A DNA stretch of 64,000 nt from positions 6,700-70,699 of the forward strand of contig JALVDI010000386.1 in assembly GCA_027009115.1 (NCBI GenBank), in the 5' to 3' direction. A model generated the notes under the pieces. That model was not told the origin of the DNA and did no database searches. It worked only from the letters and a program-made list of their open reading frames with translations. The translations under genes were made by a program, and so were the position numbers. The stretch is from Polyangiaceae bacterium (GTDB taxonomy: Bacteria; Myxococcota_A; Polyangia; Polyangiales; Houyiibacteriaceae). Of the stretch, positions 17,228 through 26,334 are shown in pieces; positions within the stretch are counted from its first letter, which is position 1; every line of letters begins with the position of its first letter.

Positions 17228-18237
17228 GCCACCACCTCCTCAGCCTCCGGGTACTCCTCGTACAGCCGCCCGTCCAGTTCCCGGCCGGCCGCCCTGCGAC
17301 CGACGCGCGACATGACGACCGGGCGGTCGAGGTCGGCCGTCCCCCCGAGCTCCACCGGGACAACCTGACCGTCCACGTCGAGCAGGAAGGGCGTCCGCGA
17401 GGGTGCCTCCCCCGGGGCGAACTCGCCCCATTGCTTGAAGAAGAAGGCGGCGCCGTACCGGTGCGCCTGGGTGCGCAGGGACCGCACCCAGGCCGGATGC
17501 ATGGGGCGCGCGCCGCGGCCGGTCTCGCCCCCCACGATCACCCAGCTCACCCGTCCCGGGAGCTGCTGGCCCGGGCGGTCCAGTCGCTCCCCGGTCAGCA
17601 CGTTGTACAGACCGCCCCCGTCCCGGTCGTCGGCCTGCACGTGGTCCAGCCACAGGCTGCCCAGCAACGGCTCGGCGCTGACGAACCGCACGAGCGGCAC
17701 CGGGCTGCGGATGCTGGCCAGGTCGAGGGCCCGCTGCGCGAACTCCTGCCGCCCCACCGACACGCCGAACCAGATTGAGGCGGCCCCAATCGGCGCGACG
17801 CGGTGCTCCAGGAACTCGTCGAACCAGGTCTCCAGGATGTCCCGCATGCGCCTGGACCGCTTGGTCAGCACCATGAAGCGGTGCGGCTTCTGACCGGCGT
17901 GGACGCGGTTCGCGTTAACCTGCTCCATAGTGTTCAGGATCCGCAGGATGGTGCGCGCGGGCAGGTCCTCATGGAAGAGGTCGCCCATCGAGCAGCAAAA
18001 CACGGCCCGGGGCGCGCGCCACCGCGCGGGGACGCTCAGGCGGTCCTCCAGGAACTGCACTTCGGTAAACGGGCGGCCGTACTGCGCCGGGGCCCCCCTC
18101 CACTCCCCCCGCTTCCAGGCGCGGTGCCGCTTCGTATGCAGGCGCTCGGCGTAGCAATGCTTGCACTCGGTGCTGACCTTGGTGCAGCCCACCACGGGGT
18201 TCCAGGTCTCCTCCGCCCATTCGATCTTCGTTGGCAT
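17224..18237 (-). CDS. Phage Gp37/Gp68 family protein (DUF5131)
   Basis: The N-terminus MPTKIEWAEETWNPVVGCTKVSTECKHCYAE is the hallmark IxWxxxTWNPxxGCxxxSxGCxxCYA signature of this family. 337 aa. Confidence 0.8.
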   Translation of the reverse strand: MPTKIEWAEETWNPVVGCTKVSTECKHCYAERLHTKRHRAWKRGEWRGAPAQYGRPFTEVQFLEDRLSVPARWRAPRAVFCCSMGDLFHEDLPARTILRILNTMEQVNANRVHAGQKPHRFMVLTKRSRRMRDILETWFDEFLEHRVAPIGAASIWFGVSVGRQEFAQRALDLASIRSPVPLVRFVSAEPLLGSLWLDHVQADDRDGGGLYNVLTGERLDRPGQQLPGRVSWVIVGGETGRGARPMHPAWVRSLRTQAHRYGAAFFFKQWGEFAPGEAPSRTPFLLDVDGQVVPVELGGTADLDRPVVMSRVGRRAAGRELDGRLYEEYPEAEEVVA

Positions 18238-18249
18238 GATGCCCCCCTT

Positions 18250-18504
18250 CTACCTTTCCGTCAGCGGGACCAACGCCGTGACCTTCCGGGTTTCGTAGTC
18301 CACGTGTACGAAGTCGAGGGCGCTGAAGTGTTCCCGCACCACCTGCGCGATCCGGTCGAGAACGTCGGCCGTCGAGGCGTCGAACATGACCTGCTCGTCG
18401 TGCTCGTCCACGAGCGTGGGCACGTTCGTCACGATGAGGACGGGACCGCCGTCGGGCAGCTGCCACGCGTGCACCGTGCGCTCCTCGCGCAGGCTAGCGT
18501 GCAT
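18250..18504 (-). CDS. Hypothetical protein (84 aa)
   Basis: Trimmed to ATG 18502-18504 (MHASLREERTVHAWQLPDGG...), preceded by GAGGGAGG. Confidence 0.5.
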   Translation of the reverse strand: MHASLREERTVHAWQLPDGGPVLIVTNVPTLVDEHDEQVMFDASTADVLDRIAQVVREHFSALDFVHVDYETRKVTALVPLTER

Positions 18505-18736
18505 CGCCCTGACCTCCCTCACCCGCCTCGGGAAACAGCTCCACCGTCACCACCGCGCGCATTCCGACGGCGAGCTCCCGCACCGCGCCTTCGTCCGTGG
18601 GGATGGTGGCGATCACGCGGTCGTGTTCGTCGGTCAGCACGAGCTCGGGGTCGCCGTTGCACCCCTCGATGACCTCGGACAGGCGCGCGGGGATGACGTA
18701 CGTGGTCGGGGTCGGTTTAGTCTTGGTCCTGGTCAC
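18494..18736 (-). CDS. Hypothetical protein (about 80 aa, GTG start)
   Basis: Only the 3' part of track ORF 18494..18886 has protein-like composition (TYVIPARLSEVIEGCNGDPELVLTDEHDRVIATIP...). GTG at 18734-18736 is preceded by GGGAGGAGGAG. Confidence 0.45.
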   Translation of the reverse strand: MTRTKTKPTPTTYVIPARLSEVIEGCNGDPELVLTDEHDRVIATIPTDEGAVRELAVGMRAVVTVELFPEAGEGGQGDAR

Positions 18737-19010
18737 GCTGCTCCTCCTCCCGCTGCATGGCGACCCGCAGGCTGCGCAGGGCCGTCTCGGTCGCGCGCAT
18801 CTGGCCGTAGGTGTCCGCGGCCAGCTCGCGCGCCACCGTGAGGGCTGACTGCACCTCCGGGCCCCGGGTTCCTTCCGTGGCCGCATCGGCGACCCGGATC
18901 GCGTCGAGCGCGCGCTCGATCGCTTCCTTACCGCGCGTGCGCAGCTCCTCCTCGGCCCGCAGCAGCATGCGGTGCGCGTCGGTGAAGCTGGTCGGTTCGT
19001 GCTTGGTCAT
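18717..19010 (-). CDS. Hypothetical coiled-coil protein (97 aa)
   Basis: Trimmed to ATG 19008-19010 (MTKHEPTSFTDAHRMLLRAEEE...) behind an AAGGAGGG SD. The upstream part of the track ORF is an Arg/Gly-rich shadow of the overlapping HTH gene. Confidence 0.5.
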   Translation of the reverse strand: MTKHEPTSFTDAHRMLLRAEEELRTRGKEAIERALDAIRVADAATEGTRGPEVQSALTVARELAADTYGQMRATETALRSLRVAMQREEEQRDQDQD

Positions 19011-20106
19011 CCCTGCCCTCCTTTCTGTCGCTGCTCTTTCGGCGGCTCCGCCGCGTACGCCACTCCACGTAGGCCCGCCACGCCTCCGGGGAACAGTAGC
19101 GGACGGGCGTGGCCTTCGGGTCGTCGGGCTGACGCACGGGCACCGTCTTGTGCCCGTAACGGCGCAGCCAGTTGTGGGTAGCGCCCACGCTCCACCCGTT
19201 CCGCTCGGCCTCCTCCGACACGTGCACCCAGCCCTCCGGTGGGCGCTCGAGGATGCCCGCCTCCCACCGCTCACGCCACTCCACGTAAGCCTGCCAAGAC
19301 TCCGGCGGGCAGTAGCGGGAAGGAGCGACCCGCGCATCGGGCTGGCGCGCCAGCACCGTGGGGTGCCCATACCGGCGGAGCCAGTTCTGGACCGCGCCTG
19401 CGCTCCATCCCCTCCGCTCGGCCTCTTCCGACACGTGCACCCAGCCCTCCGGTGGGCGCTCGAGGATGTCCTTGTACTCGATGATCTGGGCGGCGTCCAG
19501 CGGTGCGTACCAGTTGACGCGCCGCCCGCCCGCGCGCGGATCGGGTGCCACGCGCGCCTGAATGCCCAGCGCCTTAGCGCGCGAGAGCACCGTCCGGGTG
19601 TGCAGCCCGGTGCGGCGCGCGATGTCGGCCAGCGACAGCCACCCCTCGGGGATGGAGCGCCGTCGCAGGTACGCCTGGAACAAATCGGGCTCGAAGTACA
19701 GCCGCCCCTTGTACTTCACCGCGCGCAGCTCCCCCCGGCGCGCCGCGGCGGTCAAGGTGTCCACGTGCTGCCCCGAAAGCTCCTGGGCCCGCTGGCTGGT
19801 GAGCCAGCGGGCGGGGCGCTTGGCCACGCGGGGCACGCCGTCGTTGTCCAGGTACTCCTTGGCCACTTCGGCGCGCACGTACGCGCACTTCCCGACTTTG
19901 CGGTAGTACGGGCATCGGGTGTAGTTGCGTTCCAGGCGCCACTCGCGGAACGCCGCGTGGCTGACCCCGGCTTCACGCAGCACCCATTGGACCGGTACGA
20001 AGATCCCGCTGCGGCGCCCGCACAGATCTTCCGGCGGAGCCGGGCACGGCTTCCGGCGACCATCGGACCGGCGGTCACGCATCGAAGAGCGGCTGCGAGC
20101 CGTCAC
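18928..20106 (-). CDS. Multi-HTH DNA-binding protein with tandemly duplicated excisionase/MerR-type (HTH_17-like) modules
   Basis: Two near-identical 71-aa modules are present: ILERPPEGWVHVSEEAERRGWSAGAVQNWLRRYGHPTV...YVEWRERW and ILERPPEGWVHVSEEAERNGWSVGATHNWLRRYGHKTV...YVEWRTRR. Three more diverged copies lie upstream, for example WLTSQRAQELSGQHVDTLTAAARRGELRAVKYKGRLYF. The start may instead be the Met at 20082. Confidence 0.65.
   Translation of the reverse strand: MTARSRSSMRDRRSDGRRKPCPAPPEDLCGRRSGIFVPVQWVLREAGVSHAAFREWRLERNYTRCPYYRKVGKCAYVRAEVAKEYLDNDGVPRVAKRPARWLTSQRAQELSGQHVDTLTAAARRGELRAVKYKGRLYFEPDLFQAYLRRRSIPEGWLSLADIARRTGLHTRTVLSRAKALGIQARVAPDPRAGGRRVNWYAPLDAAQIIEYKDILERPPEGWVHVSEEAERRGWSAGAVQNWLRRYGHPTVLARQPDARVAPSRYCPPESWQAYVEWRERWEAGILERPPEGWVHVSEEAERNGWSVGATHNWLRRYGHKTVPVRQPDDPKATPVRYCSPEAWRAYVEWRTRRSRRKSSDRKEGRDDQARTDQLHRRAPHAAAGRGGAAHAR
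19057..19468. repeat. Tandem direct repeat, two units of about 200 bp (period 213-216 bp), inside the multi-HTH gene
   Basis: The 37-mer cacgtgcacccagccctccggtgggcgctcgaggatg occurs at 19219-19255 and 19432-19468. acgccactccacgta occurs at 19057 and 19273. The intervening sequence is clearly homologous. Confidence 0.8.
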
Positions 20107-21373
20107 GTCGCGCCACCTCCTCCCCCGCCTCGGCGGCCGTCACCAGGGCCTCCAGCCGGTCCAGGTCGTAGGCGTCCTCACTCGTCTTCGGGGGTATGAG
20201 GGCCGGGTCCACGGCCGCCAGCCGCCCGATCAGCTCGCGCCAGCGGGCCACGACCTTCTCGGCGGTCTGGACGGTGTGCGCGGCCATCTCCTCATCGGCA
20301 CGCTCCAGCAGCTCCTTGAGGCTGTCCGTGGCGCCGCCCGTCGCGTACGCGATCAGCCACGCACGCCCCGGGCGCTCCCGGTACGGGGTGCCCTGCGTGA
20401 CGGCGTAGTAGCGCTTGCGCCAGTCGTCGGGGTTGAACCCTCGTTCCACCCGCAGGAGCTGGGCGTCGCTGACCTCCAGACCCTCGTCTTCGTCGCCGGC
20501 GATGAGGGTCGTCTCGCTCACGGGCGGCGGGGGTTCGAGCGTGAGCGCCTGCGCCTCCTGGGTCGCCGCCTGCACGATGGTCGAGAACACCCGGCTGGTG
20601 AGGCGCATGGCCTTCGGGTCCGGGGTGCTCATCCGCAGCCCCCAGATGGGTGCGTTGAACCGCCCACCGTCAGGGGTGGTTGTGTTCTCGATCTTGGTGT
20701 AGAGCTCGAAGGGAATGCCCGCGATGCGCCCCCGCGTGATCTGGGCCGTCTGGTTGATCATGCTCAGGATGTTCCGGGCTCCGCGCGAGCTGGTGGTGCG
20801 CAGGCGGTAGTACCCGTAGCCGTCCGGGAAAACGATCATGGGGCGGCCGTCCTCATCCCACTCGGCGAGCAGGAAGTAGACGAACGTGGCCACCTTGCAC
20901 TCCCGTACGGTGCGCTCGTATTCGGGGGTGCCTTTGAGGTACACCTCCCGTTTGTTGGCCCCCCGGATCACGGTGATCTGCTTGTCGTCACCGTAGGCGG
21001 CGAGCTTGGTTGCCGTGTAGTACACGTAGCGCTGGTGAAAGAACAGCGACGGGCGGTCGAACGGAAACGTGATGATGAGCGACTTACCGCCGCGGCGCTT
21101 CAGCGCCTCCACCAGGCCTGGGGCGCGCTCCGCGCCGTGCACGATGATCTTGCCGTCGCGGGACACGCGCGGGCGGCCGTCGCCCGTGCGCTCCCCGAGG
21201 CTGATCGTCGCCATTGCGTCGAGGTGGTAAGCCACGTCCTGCACGTCCATGGCGTACTGGTCCAGGACCGTGGCGGGCTCGGGGGTGTAGGGCGGCAGCA
21301 CCAGGTCTGGCGCGCCGTCGTCCTGGGGCTCCGCCGGAACCGCGTGTACGAGCTCTCCTGCGATGGGTTTCAT
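20075..21373 (-). CDS. Hypothetical protein (432 aa)
   Basis: Clean protein-like composition and operon position. It ends in ...GSQPLFDA. No domain recognised. Confidence 0.7.
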   Translation of the reverse strand: MKPIAGELVHAVPAEPQDDGAPDLVLPPYTPEPATVLDQYAMDVQDVAYHLDAMATISLGERTGDGRPRVSRDGKIIVHGAERAPGLVEALKRRGGKSLIITFPFDRPSLFFHQRYVYYTATKLAAYGDDKQITVIRGANKREVYLKGTPEYERTVRECKVATFVYFLLAEWDEDGRPMIVFPDGYGYYRLRTTSSRGARNILSMINQTAQITRGRIAGIPFELYTKIENTTTPDGGRFNAPIWGLRMSTPDPKAMRLTSRVFSTIVQAATQEAQALTLEPPPPVSETTLIAGDEDEGLEVSDAQLLRVERGFNPDDWRKRYYAVTQGTPYRERPGRAWLIAYATGGATDSLKELLERADEEMAAHTVQTAEKVVARWRELIGRLAAVDPALIPPKTSEDAYDLDRLEALVTAAEAGEEVARRDGSQPLFDA

Positions 21374-21437
21374 ACGTCCTCCTTTCCGTTGGTCTGCGTG
21401 TGCTGGGGGTGGACGGTGGGGGCGCGGCCGGGCGGCG

Positions 21438-21788
21438 TCATGCGAGCATGCCCCGGCAACGGCGTCTCAGGCACCGCGCCAGCGACCGCAGCACCGACTC
21501 CCGGTCGCGCTGGCGGTTGGTCTTGCAGATACGCCCGTCGCGGGCCTCGGCCTCGCCGTAGTAGCCGAGCTCCGTGTCGTAGCGCACGAAGTGACGGCGG
21601 GAAAGCGCGCGCACCTCCGCCTCGTGCGGGTTGGTGCCGATCCGGGCGTCGGCGAAATCCTGCGCCAGCTCGCGCAGCTCCTCATGCGTTCCCCGGGCGC
21701 GGTAGGTCCAACCCTGTTCCGTGGACCACAGCACCAGGGTCGCGTCGTTCCGAGGGCCCGTAATGGCCCACCCGATCGCCAGACCCAT
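21438..21788 (-). CDS. Hypothetical protein (116 aa)
   Basis: Trimmed to MGLAIGWAITGPRN (ATG 21786-21788). 1-nt TGATG overlap with the upstream gene. Confidence 0.5.
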   Translation of the reverse strand: MGLAIGWAITGPRNDATLVLWSTEQGWTYRARGTHEELRELAQDFADARIGTNPHEAEVRALSRRHFVRYDTELGYYGEAEARDGRICKTNRQRDRESVLRSLARCLRRRCRGMLA

Positions 21789-22213
21789 CACTCGACCTCC
21801 CCGAACCCGAAGTCGCGCTCCATCGTGCGGCGCTCCAGGTCCTTCTTCCATTGCTCCCAGACGTTGAGAGCGCGCTTGCGGGCCTTGGGCGCCTCGACGA
21901 AGCCCACGACCCGGATGGTGAGCAGGTCCTCCTCCGGGCGCTCGATGGCGACGCGGATGCCGCCCTGCCGCAGGCGCTCCACCAGCGCCTCGATCTGCTT
22001 CACGCGCTCGGGGCCCTCCTCCCGGCGAACCACCAACCCGCCGGTGCTGTAGAGCATCCCCGCGTCGTGCTCCTCGAGCACATGCTCATAGGCCGCGAAC
22101 TTGGCGAAACACTTCGGCCCCAGGGCCCCGATGCCGGGAATCTCCCGCCCCTGGCCCTTGAGCAAGCGCCCGCACGCGGCACAACGGTCTCCGGCTTTTC
22201 TGGGTGTCTTCAT
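21788..22213 (-). CDS. Hypothetical protein (141 aa), first gene behind an internal promoter
   Basis: Trimmed to MKTPRKAGDRCAACGR (ATG 22211-22213), with a GGGAGG SD 5 nt upstream. Confidence 0.55.
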   Translation of the reverse strand: MKTPRKAGDRCAACGRLLKGQGREIPGIGALGPKCFAKFAAYEHVLEEHDAGMLYSTGGLVVRREEGPERVKQIEALVERLRQGGIRVAIERPEEDLLTIRVVGFVEAPKARKRALNVWEQWKKDLERRTMERDFGFGEVE

Positions 22214-22233
22214 GGCAACCTCCCACGTGTCCA

Positions 22234-22262
22234 GTTTATCGGACACGCGAGAAAGCTGTCAA
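22234..22262 (-). promoter_or_regulatory. Sigma-70-type promoter
   Basis: The minus strand reads TTGACA (22257-22262), 17 nt, ATAAAC (22234-22239). It is embedded in CTTGACAGCTT and has GACAGACAG (22273-22281) just upstream. The same 11-mer and upstream motif occur at 26873-26894. Confidence 0.45.
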
Positions 22263-22280
22263 GCTGTACACCCTGTCTGT

Positions 22281-23303
22281 CTACTTGCTGGCCGCGGCGA
22301 TCAGCGCCTGCAGCTTCTCCTCGAAGTCGGGGTCCGCCTCAGCGCCGCGGTCGGTCGGGGTGCCGGCGTGCGTGACCAGGATCCAGCGGCAACGGCAATG
22401 CGGGTGCAGCGGGATGGCCGCGTGTTCGACGGGGTCGCGGCGGCCGATCGGGTTCTTGCCCACCCATACGTCGAGCTTGGGGTCGCCCGGGCCTGGGTGC
22501 ACCACCGTGAACCGCCGACCATGCAGCGCCCGGCACTTGTCGCAGGCGTCCCGGGCGGCGCTCCACTCCACCAGAGCCCCCTCGGGCAGGGCGGCGATGA
22601 AGCCGGCCGAGCGGTTGCGCGCCGTCTCGGTGAGGGCGACGCGCCGCCAGTCCCGGTTGAGGACTCCGAAGCGGTCGGCAAGTGCCCGGGCCAGGTCTAT
22701 GGGCTGGCGCCGGTCCTCCTCCCACGCGTAGATCGTCTGCAGGATGGCGTGCCGAGTCTGGTCGTCCAGGAAGCGCACGTGCTCGGCAGCGCGCGCCCGC
22801 GCGAACTCGATGCGCGCCGCGTGGCGCTCGCCCAGCAACCCCGTGTAGCGCTCGAGCATCACCTCGGGCCGCACTCGCAGGGCGTAACCGCCCTGCACCA
22901 ACCCGACGATGTAGCTCGCCACGGCGCGCTGCTGCGCGCGTGTCTCGAGCTTGCCCCGCCCGTACCACTCCTCGGTGATCACGCGTACGAGGTCCCGGTA
23001 AGCCTCCGGGGGCACGTCCCCGGGGGCGTAGCCGGCCAGGCGCTCCTGGAAGAGGCGCTGCGCGCGCTCAAGGGCGCGCCGGCGCGCCTCGGCCTGGCTC
23101 GCCTTGGCCAGGGTCTCGACGTGGTACGTGGACCGGATGAGGTCGGCCGGCAGGCTGGGCAGCCCGAGCACCCGGTGCAGGTCGCGGTGGACATGGTACA
23201 GGTACGTGGTCCCCAAAGCGGTCATGGACCGCTCGAGGGCTGCCACCAGCGGGTCGGGGTCCGGGCTCCAAACGTCGCGCTCGGAGGCGGCCGCGGGCCT
23301 CAT
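22281..23303 (-). CDS. Head morphogenesis protein, MuF / SPP1 gp7 family
   Basis: 340 aa. RVALTETARNRSAGFIAAL and the C-terminal IPLHPHCRCRW match the MuF-domain signature (xxTExxRAxNxG ... PPxHxNCRC). It lies downstream of the portal. Confidence 0.8.
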   Translation of the reverse strand: MRPAAASERDVWSPDPDPLVAALERSMTALGTTYLYHVHRDLHRVLGLPSLPADLIRSTYHVETLAKASQAEARRRALERAQRLFQERLAGYAPGDVPPEAYRDLVRVITEEWYGRGKLETRAQQRAVASYIVGLVQGGYALRVRPEVMLERYTGLLGERHAARIEFARARAAEHVRFLDDQTRHAILQTIYAWEEDRRQPIDLARALADRFGVLNRDWRRVALTETARNRSAGFIAALPEGALVEWSAARDACDKCRALHGRRFTVVHPGPGDPKLDVWVGKNPIGRRDPVEHAAIPLHPHCRCRWILVTHAGTPTDRGAEADPDFEEKLQALIAAASK

Positions 23304-23878
23304 GCCTCTCCCCCATCGGGCACCCGCACCAGGCGGCCCTTGCGGGCGATCTCGACCAGCGTGCGCAGCTCCCGGCTCCGTGCCTCCGGCAGCGGCTCGC
23401 CCATGACGACGCGCCCTCGGAGCCTCCCCTCACGCGCCAGTCGGACGAAGGTCTCGGCGGGGATGCGGGTCATCCCCCCGTAGTAGCTCCGGGGGATGTG
23501 GGCGAGGTAGGCGGCCTTTGCCTCCCGTGCCGATCGGAACCCCAGCATTACCTTGTCCTCGTCGTGCTCCCCGGTGTCGGGCCGGACCTGGTGCACCACG
23601 TAGACGTAGCGCGCGTTCTCGTAGGGGCCTACGTACACGTCGAGGTGATCCGGCCGCTTCTTGCCCGGCTCGCGGTCCACGCCTTCCGTGCCGCGGATGT
23701 AGCCGTAGTCGTAGCGCATGAGGGTCTTGCCCTCACGCCCGTTTTCGTCGCGCCACGGGCGGTACTGCCCCTTCTTGGCCTCGATGCTGATCTCCAGCCC
23801 GCGCCAGCGGCGCCGGCCGGCGAGTGGGTACCCCGTCGCGTGCGCCTTGGCGAGACGCACCACCAGACGCGGCATCAT
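23300..23878 (-). CDS. Hypothetical protein with inorganic-pyrophosphatase-like motif
   Basis: 192 aa, between portal and MuF, with ATGA-type overlaps on both sides. YDYGYIRGTEGVDRE...DHLDVYVGP resembles the family-I PPase core NYGFIPxTxxxDGDPxDVLV. Confidence 0.55.
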   Translation of the reverse strand: MMPRLVVRLAKAHATGYPLAGRRRWRGLEISIEAKKGQYRPWRDENGREGKTLMRYDYGYIRGTEGVDREPGKKRPDHLDVYVGPYENARYVYVVHQVRPDTGEHDEDKVMLGFRSAREAKAAYLAHIPRSYYGGMTRIPAETFVRLAREGRLRGRVVMGEPLPEARSRELRTLVEIARKGRLVRVPDGGEA

Positions 23879-25713
23879 TCGACCTCCTCCGGCCAGTCCT
23901 CGATGGCCGTCACGCTCACGGCCTTGGCGGCCAGGTCCTCATCGCCGCGGCCCGGAGCCCTGGGGACATGGTGCTCGAGGGCCCACTCCTCCTCATCGGG
24001 TGACGCGGGGCCCTCCTCTCCCCCGGCACCTTCGGGCGGCGCGCCTTCGCCCTCCTCTTCCGCCGGGGGCATACCCTCCTGCTCGGCCCCCGGCGGCACC
24101 TCGCCCCCCTGCGGCTCCGGGGGAACGCCCTGCGCCTGAGCCTGCTCCTGCTGCTCCTGCTGCAGCGCGAGCTGGTACACCGAGAGCAGCGCCGGGTTCA
24201 TGGGCGCGTTCGCCAGGATCGGCGACTCGGGCTCGGACTCGCCGCGGCTGCGGCGGAACTCGCCCAGCGTGAGCATCTTCTCCTCGTCAGCCTTGGCGAG
24301 CTGCTGGTCCTGCTCGAGCCCCGTCCAGTAGAGCTCGACCTCCGGGTCCACCGTGTACAGGATCTCGTTCAGCGTCTGCCCCAGGAACTGCAGCAGGGGC
24401 CACAGGCCCTTGTCCTTCGAGCTCGCCAGCCGCTCCTCGGTGTCGGAGCCTGAAAGCGTTGAGGGCCGGGCCGAAAACGACTCGAAGTTGATCTCCTCCG
24501 GGTCCATCCCGTAGAGCGCCGCCTTGATCGCTACCAGGAACGTCATCCAGCGGGCAAAGTACATTTCGTTGAAGTCCTGCCCGATGGGCACGAAGCTCAC
24601 GCCCGCGTTCTGCGCGTCGCTGGAGATCATCACCGGCATCCGCCAGCGGTTGCTGAGACCGGTGACGTAGGCGTCCCACTCCATGCGGAACTGCTCGATG
24701 TCCTGCTCGTTGAAGTCCCCCCAGACCGTGAGGACGCCCTTGGGGATGGAGTTATGCGTGAAGCCGCGCAGGTTGAGCGTCAGGGCGTTGACGAAGCCGG
24801 TCACGATACGGATCAGGTCCTCCGGCTCGGGCTGCCCGTACCCGAGCGCCAGGGCCTCCGAGCGCGGCCGCCTGACGCGGTAGAGCAGGTCGTCGTGCGT
24901 GTACCACGCCTGGACGCGCCCCTCGTGCGCCAGGATCGCCACGACCTCGGTAGGGTCGGGGATGTCCAGGCCGTACCGCTGGTGCAGGCTGGGCGGCTCG
25001 CGGTCCGTGGCGCCGTAGTTGGGGTCCACCAGGTAGACCATCCCGCCGTCCACATGCACCCAGCCGTGCGTGCGACCCGACGGGGTGGGGATCAGCTCGA
25101 CCGGTGCCGCGTCGAGCGTGAGGGAGTCCTGAAGGTGTTTCGAGGTCCAGTCCCAGAGGTTGTCGCGCCGCAGCGCGCGGCGCTTGCGGGGGTCGAACTC
25201 CGCCCCCGCGTTGAGGACGTACTGCTCGAGCCACGAAATCCGCGCACGGTCTTCTGGGGTGGTCTTGCGGTGCCGGTCGCGGAAACGGATGCGGTACCCC
25301 GGCTTCCACTCTTGCAGCGAGGGGCGCAGGAAGCGCTGGACCTGCGAAATGCGGGTCCAGATCACGCTTTTCAGGACCGGGTCCTCGCGTACGATGCTGC
25401 GCAGCTGCGGCCAGTCCAGGCCCACGGGGCGCACCAGCCACACCGTGCGCGCGTTGGGGTCCTCGAGGTCGAGGGACACCCGCGCCATGCGCTGCAGTTT
25501 CTGGCCGGGGATCTCCTTCGGGGCGAAGGCCTGCGCCCACCGCATGACCTCGTTTACGGGTACAGCTTTCGCCATGGGGGCAAGCTCTCGGGCAGCCGCC
25601 GCAACGGCCTCGGCGCGTTCGTCGGCGGGCGCGTCCGGGGTCGCGGCCACGCGGGCCGCGCCCAGGTACTCCTTCGTGGGGTCGTACAGGCGGCGCGCCT
25701 TGGGCTTCTTCAT
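23875..25713 (-). CDS. Portal protein
   Basis: About 612 aa, with an acidic Glu/Gln-rich C-terminal tail, directly upstream of the MuF-like gene. ATG 25713 has an AGGGTG SD. The track start at 25722 is a GTG. The call rests on size, synteny and overall character, not on a diagnostic motif. Confidence 0.65.
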   Translation of the reverse strand: MKKPKARRLYDPTKEYLGAARVAATPDAPADERAEAVAAAARELAPMAKAVPVNEVMRWAQAFAPKEIPGQKLQRMARVSLDLEDPNARTVWLVRPVGLDWPQLRSIVREDPVLKSVIWTRISQVQRFLRPSLQEWKPGYRIRFRDRHRKTTPEDRARISWLEQYVLNAGAEFDPRKRRALRRDNLWDWTSKHLQDSLTLDAAPVELIPTPSGRTHGWVHVDGGMVYLVDPNYGATDREPPSLHQRYGLDIPDPTEVVAILAHEGRVQAWYTHDDLLYRVRRPRSEALALGYGQPEPEDLIRIVTGFVNALTLNLRGFTHNSIPKGVLTVWGDFNEQDIEQFRMEWDAYVTGLSNRWRMPVMISSDAQNAGVSFVPIGQDFNEMYFARWMTFLVAIKAALYGMDPEEINFESFSARPSTLSGSDTEERLASSKDKGLWPLLQFLGQTLNEILYTVDPEVELYWTGLEQDQQLAKADEEKMLTLGEFRRSRGESEPESPILANAPMNPALLSVYQLALQQEQQEQAQAQGVPPEPQGGEVPPGAEQEGMPPAEEEGEGAPPEGAGGEEGPASPDEEEWALEHHVPRAPGRGDEDLAAKAVSVTAIEDWPEEVE

Positions 25714-25743
25714 ACCGGACACCCTAGGTGCTGCGGCCGTCGG

Positions 25744-26334
25744 TCAACGCATCCGCACTACCGTGAGGACGTTGCCGGCGCGGTCCACGAACAGGCCGTA
25801 GCGCACACCGCTCACGACGACCGTCCAAACGCCCTCCGCGGGGGGCTGTGGGCGCACGCGCTCCGCCTCGGCCACGGTAGCCGGGATGGCGTCGCGCAGC
25901 AGCCCCTCCAGCTCCTCCTCCGCGGCGCGCAGGGAGCCGCGCCCACCGAGCACGCGCTGGCGGTAACGCACCACCGCATGCCGGGTCAGGCGCGCCGGCG
26001 GGACCACGATCCTGGGCTCGGGGGCAGGGGCATGCACCACCAGGGTGTGGCGGTCGCGCACGGCCACGACCTGCGCCACCCGGTTGGCGGGCAGCGTGTA
26101 CCGGCCCGAGTTGTGCACCTCCAGGACGGCCTCCGCGTCCCCGTCGTAGGGATGCAGGTCCATGCCCGCAATCGCGCCGTCGGCGTCGTAGAACGGCGTG
26201 GCCACCACACGGTCGTTGCCGCGCAGGGAAACCCGCGAGCGAAGCTCGAACGGGCCCATGCGGTAGGTGTACAAGCGCCCCCTGCCGCGGTGCGCTCGCG
26301 GGACTCCACGGACCTCGACGGGTACGGCGATCAT
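25744..26334 (-). CDS. Hypothetical protein (197 aa)
   Basis: Track ORF 25744..26568 trimmed to MIAVPVEV (ATG 26332-26334). ATGA overlap with the upstream gene. Confidence 0.55.
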   Translation of the reverse strand: MIAVPVEVRGVPRAHRGRGRLYTYRMGPFELRSRVSLRGNDRVVATPFYDADGAIAGMDLHPYDGDAEAVLEVHNSGRYTLPANRVAQVVAVRDRHTLVVHAPAPEPRIVVPPARLTRHAVVRYRQRVLGGRGSLRAAEEELEGLLRDAIPATVAEAERVRPQPPAEGVWTVVVSGVRYGLFVDRAGNVLTVVRMR

